39,945 nucleotides of DNA from an uncultured Clostridiaceae bacterium (GCA_937976175.1 CALJTN010000414.1:1-39945), one strand, 5' to 3'; shown: positions 18,529 to 29,468, numbered from the stretch's first letter. Numbers and translations are program-made. Notes: generated by a model from the letters alone, not told the origin.

Positions 18529-20220
18529 ATGTATAGTAGAAATAATATTTTTGGTTACTCCAATCAAAGGAAAAAAATTAAAAGCAGAACCATTACAGCA
18601 ATGGTAGTAATTATATTAATGTTTTCTTTCCTAATTTGGAGAGTTGTATATAATATGTATATTGAAGGGCCGTCTAGAAAGGCCATGGCAGATGCGCAGT
18701 ATAGAATTGATGAAACCTATGGACTGCGCTATAATTTAATTGACTGCAAGGGGAAAGATCTTTTAGATTATGTTGTAAACTATTATGCGGTTATTTACCC
18801 AATAGACTACTTTAGGTTTAATGAATACACTAGTAAGTATGATTTAAAAGCTTTAACTTTTATTTTAAGAAACTATAATAAGGACTATGATTTAGAAAAA
18901 CTTAAAGATAATTCTAGAGGGGAGAAAATCAAATATAAAATTGATGAAGATACATATGATAAGCTTAAGGAAATCAAAGGAGTAAAAGGCTTTTATACTT
19001 ATGCAGCAAACGATGTGGTAAGAGATAGGATATGGAAGGTAGAGAACTTATTGTCAAATCCAAAGTATTATAAAGAGGGAGTTAAAGACCCTTTATTTAA
19101 AAGTAACGACTCCATAGAGATGCAAATATATAAGAAAACTAAGAATAATCAATACACAAAGATTAGCTTTCATAAAGATGTTAACAATGATTTAGCTGAA
19201 GGGAAAATTATTTATCCAGAAAATAATATTAATGTAAGACTTACTTTAGATAAAGATATGCAAGATAAAGTTGAAGATATTCTTCATGAGGAAAAGTACA
19301 AAAAATATGACCAAATTGGTGTTGTACTAATGGAGAGTAGCACAGGAAAGATAAGGGCAATGTCACAAAAAAATGATAATATTTATAATGCAAATTTAGG
19401 CATACCTAGTACTAATGGTTTTTATGCAGGTTCGATTTTTAAGATTATTGTGGAAGAAGCAGGCTTAGATAAAAACTTAATAGACAAGGATAAAGTATAT
19501 ACAATAAACGGCACTTTATTTCCGGATTCTCATGAGAAATTAAATCAGTACACACTTGAACAAGCATTATCTTATTCCTCTAATGATATATTTGCCCAAT
19601 TGGGCACAAAGATAGGATTTCGAGGCATTTATGAGTATGCAGAAAAACAAGGGTTATTATCTAAAGTATTAAATTTTCATCATGAGCAAAGTGGTACGTT
19701 AGAGGTAGATTCATTAAGTACTAGTAGTGGGGATATAAGTCTTTTAGCTATTGGACAGAATGTTAGAATGACCCCCTTAGAAGCAGTTAGTATACCAAAT
19801 ACCATTATAAACAACGGAATATACGTTCAGCCAAGCTTAATAGATGCTTATGTAAATGATAATAATGAAGTTTTAGAGAGAATTACTTCTAAAACTTATG
19901 CTGTATTAAAAAGAGAAACTGCAGAAACCGTAAAACGTCATATGATGGATGTAGTAAATAAGGGCACAGGTACCCAGGCTTACATAAAAGATATGAGTAT
20001 TGGTGGAAAAACAGGCACAAGTGAGTACTATGTAAATGATAAAAAGTATTCCGATGGATGGTTTGTTGGCTTCTTTCAGTTGCGCGGGAAAAACTACTCC
20101 ATGGTGGTATTTGTAAATAATATTGATGTAGACAAAGAGGGTAAACCAGATGAAGAAGGTGGAACCACAGCTGCTCCGATATTTAAAGAAGTAGTTAATG
20201 TACTCAAAGGTATGGACTAA
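18529..20220 (+). CDS. Class B penicillin-binding protein (PbpI/YrrR-like)
   Basis: N-terminal TM; SxxK (GSIFK), SxN (SSN) and KTG motifs intact. Confidence 0.88.
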   Translation: MYSRNNIFGYSNQRKKIKSRTITAMVVIILMFSFLIWRVVYNMYIEGPSRKAMADAQYRIDETYGLRYNLIDCKGKDLLDYVVNYYAVIYPIDYFRFNEYTSKYDLKALTFILRNYNKDYDLEKLKDNSRGEKIKYKIDEDTYDKLKEIKGVKGFYTYAANDVVRDRIWKVENLLSNPKYYKEGVKDPLFKSNDSIEMQIYKKTKNNQYTKISFHKDVNNDLAEGKIIYPENNINVRLTLDKDMQDKVEDILHEEKYKKYDQIGVVLMESSTGKIRAMSQKNDNIYNANLGIPSTNGFYAGSIFKIIVEEAGLDKNLIDKDKVYTINGTLFPDSHEKLNQYTLEQALSYSSNDIFAQLGTKIGFRGIYEYAEKQGLLSKVLNFHHEQSGTLEVDSLSTSSGDISLLAIGQNVRMTPLEAVSIPNTIINNGIYVQPSLIDAYVNDNNEVLERITSKTYAVLKRETAETVKRHMMDVVNKGTGTQAYIKDMSIGGKTGTSEYYVNDKKYSDGWFVGFFQLRGKNYSMVVFVNNIDVDKEGKPDEEGGTTAAPIFKEVVNVLKGMD

Positions 20221-20255
20221 AACTAAAATAATTAAAGAAATTTTCATGTACAGGC

Positions 20256-20281
20256 ACTTTTAATAAAATAAATCATATTAT
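20256..20281 (+). promoter_or_regulatory. SigK/SigE-type promoter of sigK
   Basis: AC (20256-20257), 16 nt, CATATTAT (20274-20281), matching AC-N16-CATAnnnT. Confidence 0.5.
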
Positions 20282-20310
20282 ATTAATAAGCACTATTAGG
20301 AGGAACATCT

Positions 20311-21039
20311 GTGTTTTTCATGAATTGTTTATTAGATATGATTGGAAACGTTACATTACTAACAGCCTATATAACTGGCAGTAGTTCATTCCCACAACCC
20401 TTAAGTGAAGAAGAAGAGAAATCTTATTTAACAAAGTTAAAGGATGGGGATTTACTAGCTAAAAGTATATTGGTTGAACGAAATTTAAGACTAGTTGCAC
20501 ATATAGTAAAAAAATACTCCTATCCAGGAAAGGATGTAGATGACCTCATATCCATTGGAACGGTAGGACTCATTAAAGCTATTGATTCTTTTGATATAAG
20601 CAAGGGAACAAGGCTTGCTACCTATGCTGCAAGGTGCATAGAAAACGAAATACTTATGTTAATCCGTAACAATAAGAAAACAAAAGGTGAAGTGTATTTG
20701 CAGGATCCTATTGGTATTGATAAAGAGGGAAATGAGATATCCCTTATGGATGTATTAAGTAGCGATGAAGATTCTATCATTGAGATAGTAGAAAATAAAA
20801 TACAAATTAAAAAACTTTATAATAAAATAAATGTAGCTTTGATGGATAGAGAAAAAGTAATAATTCAGATGCGTTATGGATTGCTTGATGGAAACCCTCG
20901 AACCCAAAGAGAAATTGCATTAATCCTGGGTATTTCTAGGTCTTATGTTTCTAGAATTGAAAAAAGAGCACTAAAGAAACTCTATAAGGAGTTAAATAAT
21001 ACTAGTAAAGCAAGATTAAATGCCATTAATAAATTGTGA
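20311..21039 (+). CDS. sigK: Sporulation sigma factor SigK (uninterrupted)
   Basis: Pro-sequence, SFPQPL, ERNLRLVAHIVKKY, TQREIA..LGISRSYVSRIEK; GTG start after AGGAGG. Confidence 0.96.
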   Translation: MFFMNCLLDMIGNVTLLTAYITGSSSFPQPLSEEEEKSYLTKLKDGDLLAKSILVERNLRLVAHIVKKYSYPGKDVDDLISIGTVGLIKAIDSFDISKGTRLATYAARCIENEILMLIRNNKKTKGEVYLQDPIGIDKEGNEISLMDVLSSDEDSIIEIVENKIQIKKLYNKINVALMDREKVIIQMRYGLLDGNPRTQREIALILGISRSYVSRIEKRALKKLYKELNNTSKARLNAINKL

Positions 21040-21059
21040 TGGAGAGTAGAAAAATAAAA

Positions 21060-21087
21060 AAAGGAGAATTTTATAATTCCGTCGAAT
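21060..21087 (+). promoter_or_regulatory. SigH-type promoter upstream of aroE-pilT
   Basis: AAAGGAGAA, 12 nt, GTCGAAT fits RNAGGAWWW-N11/12-RNNGAAT with one mismatch. Confidence 0.55.
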
Positions 21088-21109
21088 ATTATATCCAGGA
21101 GATGATAAA

Positions 21110-21889
21110 GTGAAGTATACTGGACTACTTGGTAATAATATACAATACTCTCAATCACCACAAATCCACAATGAGTATTATAGACTAAAGGGATTTGATT
21201 TTAACTATAAGTTATTTGATATGCAGAAAAATGAAATAGAAAAATTTATTGACGAATTATCTAATAACAATATAATCGGCTTTAACGTAACTATACCATA
21301 TAAAGAGCACATTGTTAATTTTCTAAGCCAGGTGATGTACCCAGCAAATGAGATAGGCGCGGTTAATACAGTTGTATTAACAGAAGGTAAGCTTATTGGA
21401 TATAATACAGATTACTTGGGATTCATGAAAAGCTTACAGGTGAAGGGTATTAACTCTTTAAAAGGTAGGGCACTAATTATTGGAAGCGGAGGTGCAGCAA
21501 AGGGTGTATTTTTCGCGCTTAAGGATTTAGGAATAGAAAGTATAGATATATCAGCAAGAAGCAAGCATAAAGTTCTTGAACAATTTCCTAAAATAGATAA
21601 GTTTATAGAGTTTAATTCAGCTATAGATTGTAACAACTATGGTATAATTATAAATTGTACACCATTAGGCGGAGTAAAGCATCTCGAAGAATTTGCTTTA
21701 GAGTTGAAAAATATTTCAGAAAAGAATATATTTTACGATTTAAATTACTTACCAGAGAAAACGAAATTTCTACAGCAAGGTGAAGAAAATGGAGCTATGA
21801 TTCTAAATGGAAAGAATATGCTAAAATTTCAAGCTCATCTTGCCATAGATATTTGGAGAGCTTCATTAAAAGAACAGGAGGATGAATGA
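21110..21889 (+). CDS. aroE: Shikimate dehydrogenase
   Basis: S.SP.IHN, GFNVTIPYK, GAVNT, GYNTD, GSGGAA, INCTPLG, YDLNY.P. Confidence 0.95.
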   Translation: MKYTGLLGNNIQYSQSPQIHNEYYRLKGFDFNYKLFDMQKNEIEKFIDELSNNNIIGFNVTIPYKEHIVNFLSQVMYPANEIGAVNTVVLTEGKLIGYNTDYLGFMKSLQVKGINSLKGRALIIGSGGAAKGVFFALKDLGIESIDISARSKHKVLEQFPKIDKFIEFNSAIDCNNYGIIINCTPLGGVKHLEEFALELKNISEKNIFYDLNYLPEKTKFLQQGEENGAMILNGKNMLKFQAHLAIDIWRASLKEQEDE

Positions 21890-22944
21890 TGATATCACTT
21901 AGTGAATTACTAGAAAAAACCACAGAACAAAATGCATCAGATTTACACCTAACAGTAGGCTCAACACCAGTTATTAGGGTTAATGGTCACCTAATACAAG
22001 TAGGGAAAGATAAATTAACTCCAACGGATACTGAAAAATATTCAAGAGAAATTTTAGAAAATACTTATGAAGAGTATTGTGAAAATGGAGAAATTGATAC
22101 CTCTTACTCTATTGGAGGACTTGGAAGATTTAGGGTTAACGTATACAAGCAAAGGGGTAGTGACACTATAGCTATTAGAGTAGTTGCACTAAAAATACCT
22201 ACGTTAAAACAGCTTGACTTTCCAGAAGTTGTTAGGGAACTTACTACAAGACAAAGAGGGCTAGTTTTAGTAACAGGTCCTACGGGCAGCGGTAAAAGTA
22301 CTACGCTAGCAGCTATGATTAATGAAATTAATGCTACTAGAGCATGTAATATTATAACCTTAGAGGATCCTATTGAATATCTGCATAAGCACAATAAATC
22401 TATTATTAATCAAAGAGAAATTGGAAAGGATAGTAAAAATTACAAAAATGCTTTAAGAGCTATCCTTAGAGAAGATCCAGATGTTATATTAGTAGGCGAA
22501 ATGAGGGACCTTGAAACAATCTCTATCGCTATTACTGCAGCAGAAACTGGACATTTGGTTTTCTCTACTTTACATACTATAGGTGCAGCAAAAACAGTAG
22601 ATAGAATAGTAGACGTATTTCCTCCACATCAGCAGCAACAAATTAAAGTTCAATTAGCAGCAGTAATGCAAGGAATAGTTTCTCAACAACTAATTCCTAA
22701 AATTAATGAAGTGGGAAGAGTAGCAGCCCTAGAGGTAATGACATCAACTCCAGCCATTCAGAACCTTATTCGTGAAGGCAAAACACATCAGTTAGAGTCT
22801 TGTGTTCAAACTGGAGGAAAGTATGGTATGAAAACTATGGATATGTCAATTGCGGAGTTATATAAAAAAGGCATTATATCTAAAGAAGAAGCAATGACTC
22901 ATTCAGTTGATAATGAAATGATTGTAAGAATGCTATCACTTTAG
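21886..22944 (+). CDS. pilT: Type IV pilus retraction ATPase PilT
   Basis: ASDLHL, GPTGSGKSTT, EDPIEY, LREDPDVILVGEMRD, AETGHLVFSTLHT, AIQNLIRE. Confidence 0.95.
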   Translation: MMISLSELLEKTTEQNASDLHLTVGSTPVIRVNGHLIQVGKDKLTPTDTEKYSREILENTYEEYCENGEIDTSYSIGGLGRFRVNVYKQRGSDTIAIRVVALKIPTLKQLDFPEVVRELTTRQRGLVLVTGPTGSGKSTTLAAMINEINATRACNIITLEDPIEYLHKHNKSIINQREIGKDSKNYKNALRAILREDPDVILVGEMRDLETISIAITAAETGHLVFSTLHTIGAAKTVDRIVDVFPPHQQQQIKVQLAAVMQGIVSQQLIPKINEVGRVAALEVMTSTPAIQNLIREGKTHQLESCVQTGGKYGMKTMDMSIAELYKKGIISKEEAMTHSVDNEMIVRMLSL

Positions 22945-22949
22945 TGAAT

Positions 22950-23008
22950 AATTAAAAAAACAAGCTGAAAGCATAGTTAAACTATAGCTTTTAGCTTGTT
23001 TTTTAATT
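22950..23008 (+). terminator. Intrinsic terminator after pilT
   Basis: AAAAAACAAGCTGAAAGC ... GCTTTTAGCTTGTTTTTT. Confidence 0.7.
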
Positions 23009-23253
23009 TCATGCAAAGTTATAAATATAATATTCCATGGTAACAATTACCTACAAAATATATTATTGCATTTTCTATATATTGCTATTATACTTAGTTT
23101 AGAAGGACAAGTTAACTTTTTAACATCATTAATTTAATATAATATACAAAATTGAAATTAAGTTTATATATATTCACAAACATACAACAAAATGTAAGTA
23201 GTTTTAATTATATTTAAATTTATAATAAATATTATAAAAAAGTGGTTTAAATA

Positions 23254-23280
23254 AGAGGAAAATTTATTTTTTTGTTGAAT
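23254..23280 (+). promoter_or_regulatory. SigH-type promoter of ftsAZ
   Basis: AGAGGAAAA, 11 nt, GTTGAAT; B. subtilis ftsA also has a SigH promoter. Confidence 0.6.
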
Positions 23281-23321
23281 ATATACACTTAAGGTTTCTC
23301 TTACAGGGGGGGATAAACTTA

Positions 23322-24575
23322 ATGAACGAACATATAGTAGGAATTGATATAGGATCATCAAAGGTATGTGGAGCAGTTGGTAAAGTTAGTAATGATGGAA
23401 AACTTCAGATTATAGGCATTACATCAGTGGCATGTAGTGGTTTAAATAAATCAGTCGTTATAGATATTGATGGCACAGCTGAAGCTATAAAGCAGTGTGT
23501 CACACAATTAGAGCGTATGATAGATGCACAAATTAGTGAAGGGTATATATCTTTACCTGGAGGGATTTGTGAACTAGTAAGAAATACAGGAATGATTGCA
23601 ATATCTTCTGAAGATAGAGAAATTAAGCAGGGTGATGTGGATAGGGTAATTGAAGCAGCTAAACTTATTGCAGTTCCATCCGATAAAGAAATAGTAGGGG
23701 TTGAGCCTGAACAGTACATTGTTGATGGTTATGACAATATAAAAGACCCTAGAGGAATGAGTGGAGCAAGGCTGGAAGTAGAAGCACAAGTAGTCATGGC
23801 ACAGTCTACAGTAGTTAGCAATTTATTGAAAAGTATGAAACGTGCTGGAATTGAAGTTAATGGTATAGTACTTGGGCCCTCAGCTATATCCCAGGCAGTG
23901 CTAAGAAAAGAAGAAAAGGATATGGGCATAGCAATGGTAGATGTGGGAGCAGAGACCATTGACATTTCTATTTACAAGGGCGGAAAATTAAAATATACTT
24001 CCATTATTCAGCTAGGTGGATGTAATATAACCAATGATATATCAGTTTGTCTTAAAGTTCCTTTTACTGAAGGCGAAAAATTGAAGCTTAAATATGGAAG
24101 TTTAGTTAAAAATAAAGGAGAGGACTCAGAAAAAATTAGAGTTAAAGATTCTTATGATAATTTAATGGAAATTGATAACAATTTGTTAATTGATATAATT
24201 GACGCTAGAGTAGAGGAATTGCTACGTTTAATTAAAAGAAACTTATTAAATAGTGGATTCTATGAAAAAATTTCTGGCGTAGTAATAGTTGGTGGAGGTA
24301 TATCTTTATTTAGAGGTGCTAGTGAGCTAAGTAAAGTTATTATAGATAAGCCAGTTAGAATAGGTTCTCCGGAGTATGTGGGAGCAGCTAGCCCTATATA
24401 CGTTACAGCTGTGGGAATAGTTAAGCAAGCAGTTAATACCCTTAAAACTAGTAATATTTCATCTGAAGCATCAGATGAACATTCATATGAAAATAAACGA
24501 TTAAAAAACGAAAATAAAAATGGAAAAAATGGATTTGCATCAAAAATCAAAGGTTTTTTTGCAGATTTTTTCTAA
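23322..24575 (+). CDS. ftsA: Cell division protein FtsA
   Basis: GIDIGSSKV, DVGAETID, GG.NIT.DI, C-terminal amphipathic KIKGFFADFF. Confidence 0.96.
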   Translation: MNEHIVGIDIGSSKVCGAVGKVSNDGKLQIIGITSVACSGLNKSVVIDIDGTAEAIKQCVTQLERMIDAQISEGYISLPGGICELVRNTGMIAISSEDREIKQGDVDRVIEAAKLIAVPSDKEIVGVEPEQYIVDGYDNIKDPRGMSGARLEVEAQVVMAQSTVVSNLLKSMKRAGIEVNGIVLGPSAISQAVLRKEEKDMGIAMVDVGAETIDISIYKGGKLKYTSIIQLGGCNITNDISVCLKVPFTEGEKLKLKYGSLVKNKGEDSEKIRVKDSYDNLMEIDNNLLIDIIDARVEELLRLIKRNLLNSGFYEKISGVVIVGGGISLFRGASELSKVIIDKPVRIGSPEYVGAASPIYVTAVGIVKQAVNTLKTSNISSEASDEHSYENKRLKNENKNGKNGFASKIKGFFADFF

Positions 24576-24590
24576 TAAGGAGGTAGTATT

Positions 24591-25682
24591 GTGCTAGATT
24601 TTGATGTTGATGTTCAGGAATTTGCTCAGATTAAAGTAATTGGGTGTGGCGGCGGAGGAAACAATGCTATAAACAGAATGATTATTGAGGGACTTAAAAA
24701 TGTAGAATTTATAGCTATAAATACAGATAAACAAGCTTTGATTCTTTCTCATGCGGTTCAAAAAATTCAAATTGGTGATAAACTAACTAAGGGTTTAGGG
24801 GCAGGCGCTAATCCCGAAATTGGTATGAAGGCAGCAGAAGAAAGTAGAGATGAAATCTGCCAAGCAATAAAAGGAGCAGATATGGTATTTATTACTGCAG
24901 GTATGGGAGGCGGTACCGGTACTGGAGCTGCACCTGTGGTTGCAGAAATCGCTAAATCCATGGGAATACTAACTGTGGGAGTTGTGACAAAACCATTTCC
25001 CTTCGAAGGCAGAAAAAGAATGATTAATGCTGAAATAGGAATAAAAACTCTTAAAGAAACAGTAGATACACTAGTAACAATTCCAAATGAACGATTGTTA
25101 ACTATGGTAGATAAAAAAACTACATTAATGGATTCTTTCAAAATGGCAGATGATGTGTTGAGACAAGGTGTACAAGGTATATCTGATTTGATTACTATAC
25201 CTGGACTTGTAAATCTGGACTTTGCAGATGTAAGAACAATTATGCTTGATAAAGGTCTTGCACATATGGGTGTAGGAAGAGCCTCAGGGGATAATAGAGC
25301 CCAAGAAGCAGCAAAACAAGCTATTTCAAGCCCCTTATTAGAAACTTCTATAGTTGGAGCTACAGGTGTACTTTTAAATATTACAGGTGGAATGGACTTA
25401 GGATTACTTGAAATAAATGAAGCGGCGGAGATTGTACAAGGAGCTGCGGATCCAGATGCTAATATTATATTTGGTGCAGTTATAGATGAAACTCTAAAAG
25501 ATGAAATAAGAATAACTGTTATTGCAACTGGCTTTGAAAACGACAAAGTAATTCAAAATAAAACTGTTCTAAAGTCTAAAGAGAAAGAAACGGTAAAACC
25601 TATAGAAGAAGTGGCATATACTAAAGATTATGAAGCTTCTGATCTAGAAATTCCAGCTTTTTTAAGAAGACAAAATAAGTAA
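24591..25682 (+). CDS. ftsZ: Cell division protein FtsZ
   Basis: [24 protein letters not shown]-terminal LEIPAFLR. Confidence 0.99.
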   Translation: MLDFDVDVQEFAQIKVIGCGGGGNNAINRMIIEGLKNVEFIAINTDKQALILSHAVQKIQIGDKLTKGLGAGANPEIGMKAAEESRDEICQAIKGADMVFITAGMGGGTGTGAAPVVAEIAKSMGILTVGVVTKPFPFEGRKRMINAEIGIKTLKETVDTLVTIPNERLLTMVDKKTTLMDSFKMADDVLRQGVQGISDLITIPGLVNLDFADVRTIMLDKGLAHMGVGRASGDNRAQEAAKQAISSPLLETSIVGATGVLLNITGGMDLGLLEINEAAEIVQGAADPDANIIFGAVIDETLKDEIRITVIATGFENDKVIQNKTVLKSKEKETVKPIEEVAYTKDYEASDLEIPAFLRRQNK

Positions 25683-25699
25683 CAAACAATAATTCATAA

Positions 25700-25728
25700 A
25701 AATAAAGTGCCTATAGGGCACTTTATTT
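25700..25728 (+). terminator. Intrinsic terminator after ftsZ
   Basis: AAATAAAGTGCC / GGCACTTTATTT inverted repeat. Confidence 0.7.
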
Positions 25729-25965
25729 GCGTTTAAAGCAATTTTAACTGCTACTAAGAGTAAAGTGTACCTAGAACAAAATCATGCTAATTAAAGGCGG
25801 TTTAAGGTGTTTTAGGTGGTAGCAGAATTTTGATATTAATTATGTATTAAAACAATATGGAAATTATTGGCGGTTTATACAATAATAAAAACAGAAATAG
25901 ATGGTAAAAAACGACAAAGTTTTGATTGTATAAGTTATATAATAATTTTAAAGGAGGAAGGGCAA

Positions 25966-26775
25966 GTGATAGTATATATAGATGTTCTCATATTAGTGAA
26001 TTTTATAGTTAATCTATTCATATTGCATATCACTGTTCAAACATTAAGGAAAAGAGTAAAGCTTAGGTGGATGTGTCTTTCCGGTTTTATAGGGAGCTTA
26101 TATGTTTTAACAGTAGTGTATCCAAAGCTTAAATACTTGTCATATATACCTTTTAAAATATTAATAGTTATTATAATGATCTTAATTGTTTTTAGAGAGA
26201 AAAGTATTTTATTGAATATTAAAGCTTCTTTAATCTTTACATTATATTCAATTCTTTTAGCTGGAATGTGTTTATTTATTCAGATGAGTAATAGTAAAGA
26301 TATGTCATTTGATATAATCATAATAAATTTTCCTTATGAAAAGTTACTACTTTCGATAATGATAATTTATATGTTGATATACAGAATTATAATTTTTATA
26401 GCAGATAGGAAAAAAATATCAACGCTTATATACACTGTTGACATAATAAATAAGAATTATAAAACAACTATTAAGGCATTTTTAGATACAGGAAACGAAC
26501 TTAGAGAACCTGCTACTAATTTACCAGTATTAATTGTTGAACGAAAAATTCTAAGTGAGATTTTATTAGAGAAAAATAACACCTACTACATCCCTTATAC
26601 TGTAGTAAATGGTGCTAGGGGAAACCTCATAGGGTTTAAACCTGAGTATGTAAATGTCCATATAGATAAAGAAAACATTGAGACAAGAGATGTAATTATA
26701 GCCTTTTGTGATTATAGGTTAAGTAAAGATAATGACTATAATGGACTCATGTCTAGAGGAATACTTAGTTTATAG
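25966..26775 (+). CDS. spoIIGA: Pro-SigE processing peptidase SpoIIGA
   Basis: VYIDV...NF, multi-TM N-terminus, aspartic motif LDTGNEL.EP; GTG 25966 after AGGAGG; precedes sigE. Confidence 0.93.
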   Translation: MIVYIDVLILVNFIVNLFILHITVQTLRKRVKLRWMCLSGFIGSLYVLTVVYPKLKYLSYIPFKILIVIIMILIVFREKSILLNIKASLIFTLYSILLAGMCLFIQMSNSKDMSFDIIIINFPYEKLLLSIMIIYMLIYRIIIFIADRKKISTLIYTVDIINKNYKTTIKAFLDTGNELREPATNLPVLIVERKILSEILLEKNNTYYIPYTVVNGARGNLIGFKPEYVNVHIDKENIETRDVIIAFCDYRLSKDNDYNGLMSRGILSL

Positions 26776-26826
26776 ATCGAGATATAATAATTATTTTACG
26801 CTAATAATAGAGATAAGGAGGAAATT

Positions 26827-27534
26827 ATGTTTAATTTTAAAGTAGTGTTAAACAAGTTATTTGTTAAATTCAAAGTATTTTCAAAAAATTTGTTTTATAT
26901 AGGGGGGAATGATGCACTACCGCCTCCTTTGACTAAGGATGAAGAGGATCAGTTAGTAGTCAGGTTAGATACAGGTGATAAGAAGGTGAGAGCTACCTTA
27001 ATTGAAAGAAATTTAAGGTTAGTAGTATATATAGCTAGAAAATTTGAAAATACAGGTGTGAATGTTGAGGACTTAATTTCTGTAGGAACCATAGGACTTA
27101 TAAAAGCAGTTAATACCTTTGATCCTGAAAAAAAAATTAAGCTAGCTACATATGCTTCAAGATGTATTGAAAATGAAATTCTAATGTATCTTAGGCGGAA
27201 TAGTAAAATTAAAACAGAAATTTCTTTTTATGAGCCACTAAATGTTGATTGGGATGGTAATGAATTATTACTTTCTGACATTCTTGGTACGGATAACGAT
27301 GTGGTTTACAATATTATTGAAGATGATGTAGATAAACAGTTACTCTGGCTTGCTATGCAGCGTTTAAATTCAAGAGAAAAGGAAATTGTGCAATTAAGAT
27401 TTGGATTAAATGGGACCACAGAAAAAACACAAAAAGAAGTAGCTGATTTGCTTGGAATATCCCAATCTTACATCTCAAGACTTGAAAAAAGAATTATAAA
27501 AAGACTAAAAAAAGAAATTAATAAAATGGTGTAA
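26827..27534 (+). CDS. sigE: Sporulation sigma factor SigE
   Basis: [50 protein letters not shown]. Confidence 0.98.
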   Translation: MFNFKVVLNKLFVKFKVFSKNLFYIGGNDALPPPLTKDEEDQLVVRLDTGDKKVRATLIERNLRLVVYIARKFENTGVNVEDLISVGTIGLIKAVNTFDPEKKIKLATYASRCIENEILMYLRRNSKIKTEISFYEPLNVDWDGNELLLSDILGTDNDVVYNIIEDDVDKQLLWLAMQRLNSREKEIVQLRFGLNGTTEKTQKEVADLLGISQSYISRLEKRIIKRLKKEINKMV

Positions 27535-27545
27535 GGTTGTCTTTA

Positions 27546-27574
27546 GTATAAAACTTAAATCATAAGGATATAAT
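27546..27574 (+). promoter_or_regulatory. SigF/SigG-type promoter of sigG
   Basis: GTATA, 15 nt, GGATATAAT. Confidence 0.6.
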
Positions 27575-27609
27575 TTAAATGCAATTACTCTGAAGGGAAT
27601 GATGACCTT

Positions 27610-28383
27610 ATGATGATCAATAAAGTAGAAATATGTGGAGTAAATACTTCAAAATTACCAGTATTAAAAGAAAAAGAAATGAAAGAGTTACTATTTAGAA
27701 TGCAGAATGGTGATTATGAGTGTAGAGAAAAATTTATTAAAGGAAACTTAAGATTGGTTTTAAGTGTAATACAGCGCTTCAATAATCGAGGAGAAAATGT
27801 GGATGATTTATTTCAAGTAGGCTGTATTGGTTTAATTAAATCCATTGATAATTTTGATTTAAGTCAAAATGTTAGGTTTTCAACTTATGCAGTTCCTATG
27901 ATTATTGGGGAAATAAGAAGATACTTAAGGGATAATAACTCTATAAGAGTTAGTAGATCATTAAGGGATATTGCATATAGAGCATTGCAAGTTAGAGACA
28001 GATTGGTAAATCAAGATAATAAAGAACCCACGGTATCTCAAATAGCAAAAGAGCTAGAATTACCCCGTGAAGACGTGGTATTTGCCTTAGATGCTATACA
28101 AGATCCAGTATCTTTATTTGAACCGATTTATCATGATGGTGGAGATGCAATTTATGTAATGGATCAGATAAGCGATACTAAGAACTTGGATGATAGTTGG
28201 CTTGAAAATATATCAATTAAAGAGGCAATGAAGAAGTTAAATGATAGAGAAAAGTTAATTTTAAATTTGAGATTCTTCGACGGAAGGACTCAAATGGAAG
28301 TAGCTGATGAAATAGGTATATCCCAAGCACAAGTGTCTAGACTAGAGAAGACTGCATTAAAGCACATGAGAAAGTATGTATAG
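27610..28383 (+). CDS. sigG: Sporulation sigma factor SigG
   Basis: NKVEICGVNTSKLP, NLRLVLSVIQRF, GISQAQVSRLEK. Confidence 0.98.
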   Translation: MMINKVEICGVNTSKLPVLKEKEMKELLFRMQNGDYECREKFIKGNLRLVLSVIQRFNNRGENVDDLFQVGCIGLIKSIDNFDLSQNVRFSTYAVPMIIGEIRRYLRDNNSIRVSRSLRDIAYRALQVRDRLVNQDNKEPTVSQIAKELELPREDVVFALDAIQDPVSLFEPIYHDGGDAIYVMDQISDTKNLDDSWLENISIKEAMKKLNDREKLILNLRFFDGRTQMEVADEIGISQAQVSRLEKTALKHMRKYV

Positions 28384-28407
28384 GGTCCTTAAAGGGCCCT
28401 TTTTTTT
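28382..28407 (+). terminator. Intrinsic terminator after sigG
   Basis: AGGGTCCTT-A-AAGGGCCCT followed by a T-run. Confidence 0.75.
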
Positions 28408-28611
28408 ATTAATTAATTTTAATAGTAAGCTAAATGTTTTATAGTAATTCCCTATTATTTCAAAAAAATAAAAATGTTCTAATTTTAAAATAATATTTTC
28501 AGTAACCTTTGAATATAAATAATATAAAGTGTAGGAAGTTAAAAAAGTAGCTTATCATAACACTAGTAATTTTAACAGGTGGGCTTAAAAAACATTAAAG
28601 GGGGTAACAAA

Positions 28612-28872
28612 ATGGAAAGCTTAATGTATGCAATAAATAATTTAAGGCAGATGGAAATTATAGATATAAATTCAGGCTCGAAAATGGGGTACATTAAAGA
28701 TTTAAAAGTTGATTGTGAAGACTATAGAATTATTTCAATTTTACTTCCAACTCAAAAGTCATCTTGGTTTAATAAAAATAATAGTATCGAGATACCCTGG
28801 GAAAAAGTAAAAAAAATTGGCGTGGATGTTATTCTTGTAGATGGCAGTGAAGTAAATATGGAAAATGATTAA
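28612..28872 (+). CDS. ylmC: YlmC/YmxH family sporulation protein (PRC barrel)
   Basis: LRQMEIIDI..G..MG.I.D, IPWEKVKKIGVDVILV; ATG 28612 after GGGGG. Confidence 0.88.
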   Translation: MESLMYAINNLRQMEIIDINSGSKMGYIKDLKVDCEDYRIISILLPTQKSSWFNKNNSIEIPWEKVKKIGVDVILVDGSEVNMEND

Positions 28873-28952
28873 TAAACTATTTTAATTTATAAGAAAAAGT
28901 GTATAATGTTAATATATTTGTTAATTATACTAGGAAAAGGACGTGAAAAACA

Positions 28953-29408
28953 TTGAAGTGTCCATATTGCAGCGCTGAAGAAAGTAAGGTAGTTGACTCT
29001 AGATCAACAGAGGATAATATTGCAACTAGAAGAAGAAGAGAATGTCTAAGCTGTTTTAAGAGATATACTACTTATGAAAAAGTAGAGGATATACCTATTT
29101 TAGTAATAAAAAAAGATTCTAATAGAGAATATTTTGATAGAACAAAAGTACTAAATGGTCTTATGAAGGCCTGCCAAAAGAGACCTGTATCAAGGATGCA
29201 GATTGAAGCTATTTGTGATGAAGTGGAAAAACAATTAAACAATGAAATGCTTATAGAAGTAAAGTCTGATTATATAGGAGAAATCATCATGAGCATATTA
29301 AAAACTGTAGATGAGGTTTCTTATGTGAGGTTTGCTTCGGTCTACAGACAATTTAAAGACATTAATACCTTTATGGAAGAGATAAGAAAGCTTATGTCTA
29401 AGGAGTAA
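28953..29408 (+). CDS. nrdR: Transcriptional repressor NrdR
   Basis: CPYC, VVDSR, RRRREC..C, ATP cone, YVRFASVY. Confidence 0.97.
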   Translation: MKCPYCSAEESKVVDSRSTEDNIATRRRRECLSCFKRYTTYEKVEDIPILVIKKDSNREYFDRTKVLNGLMKACQKRPVSRMQIEAICDEVEKQLNNEMLIEVKSDYIGEIIMSILKTVDEVSYVRFASVYRQFKDINTFMEEIRKLMSKE

Positions 29409-29468
29409 AAATCCCCTTAGGCGTTTTTTTTATATATTGATAATAAGTATTATAAGTGAGGTGGAGCA

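Noticed and set aside
24767-25546. 259-aa minus-strand ORF
   Set aside because: Lies wholly antisense to ftsZ with no recognisable motifs; a typical shadow frame of a conserved gene.
25908-25943. Spo0A box at the spoIIGA promoter
   Set aside because: Expected biologically, but the best match (TGTCGTT on the minus strand) has two mismatches to TGTCGAA, too weak to call.
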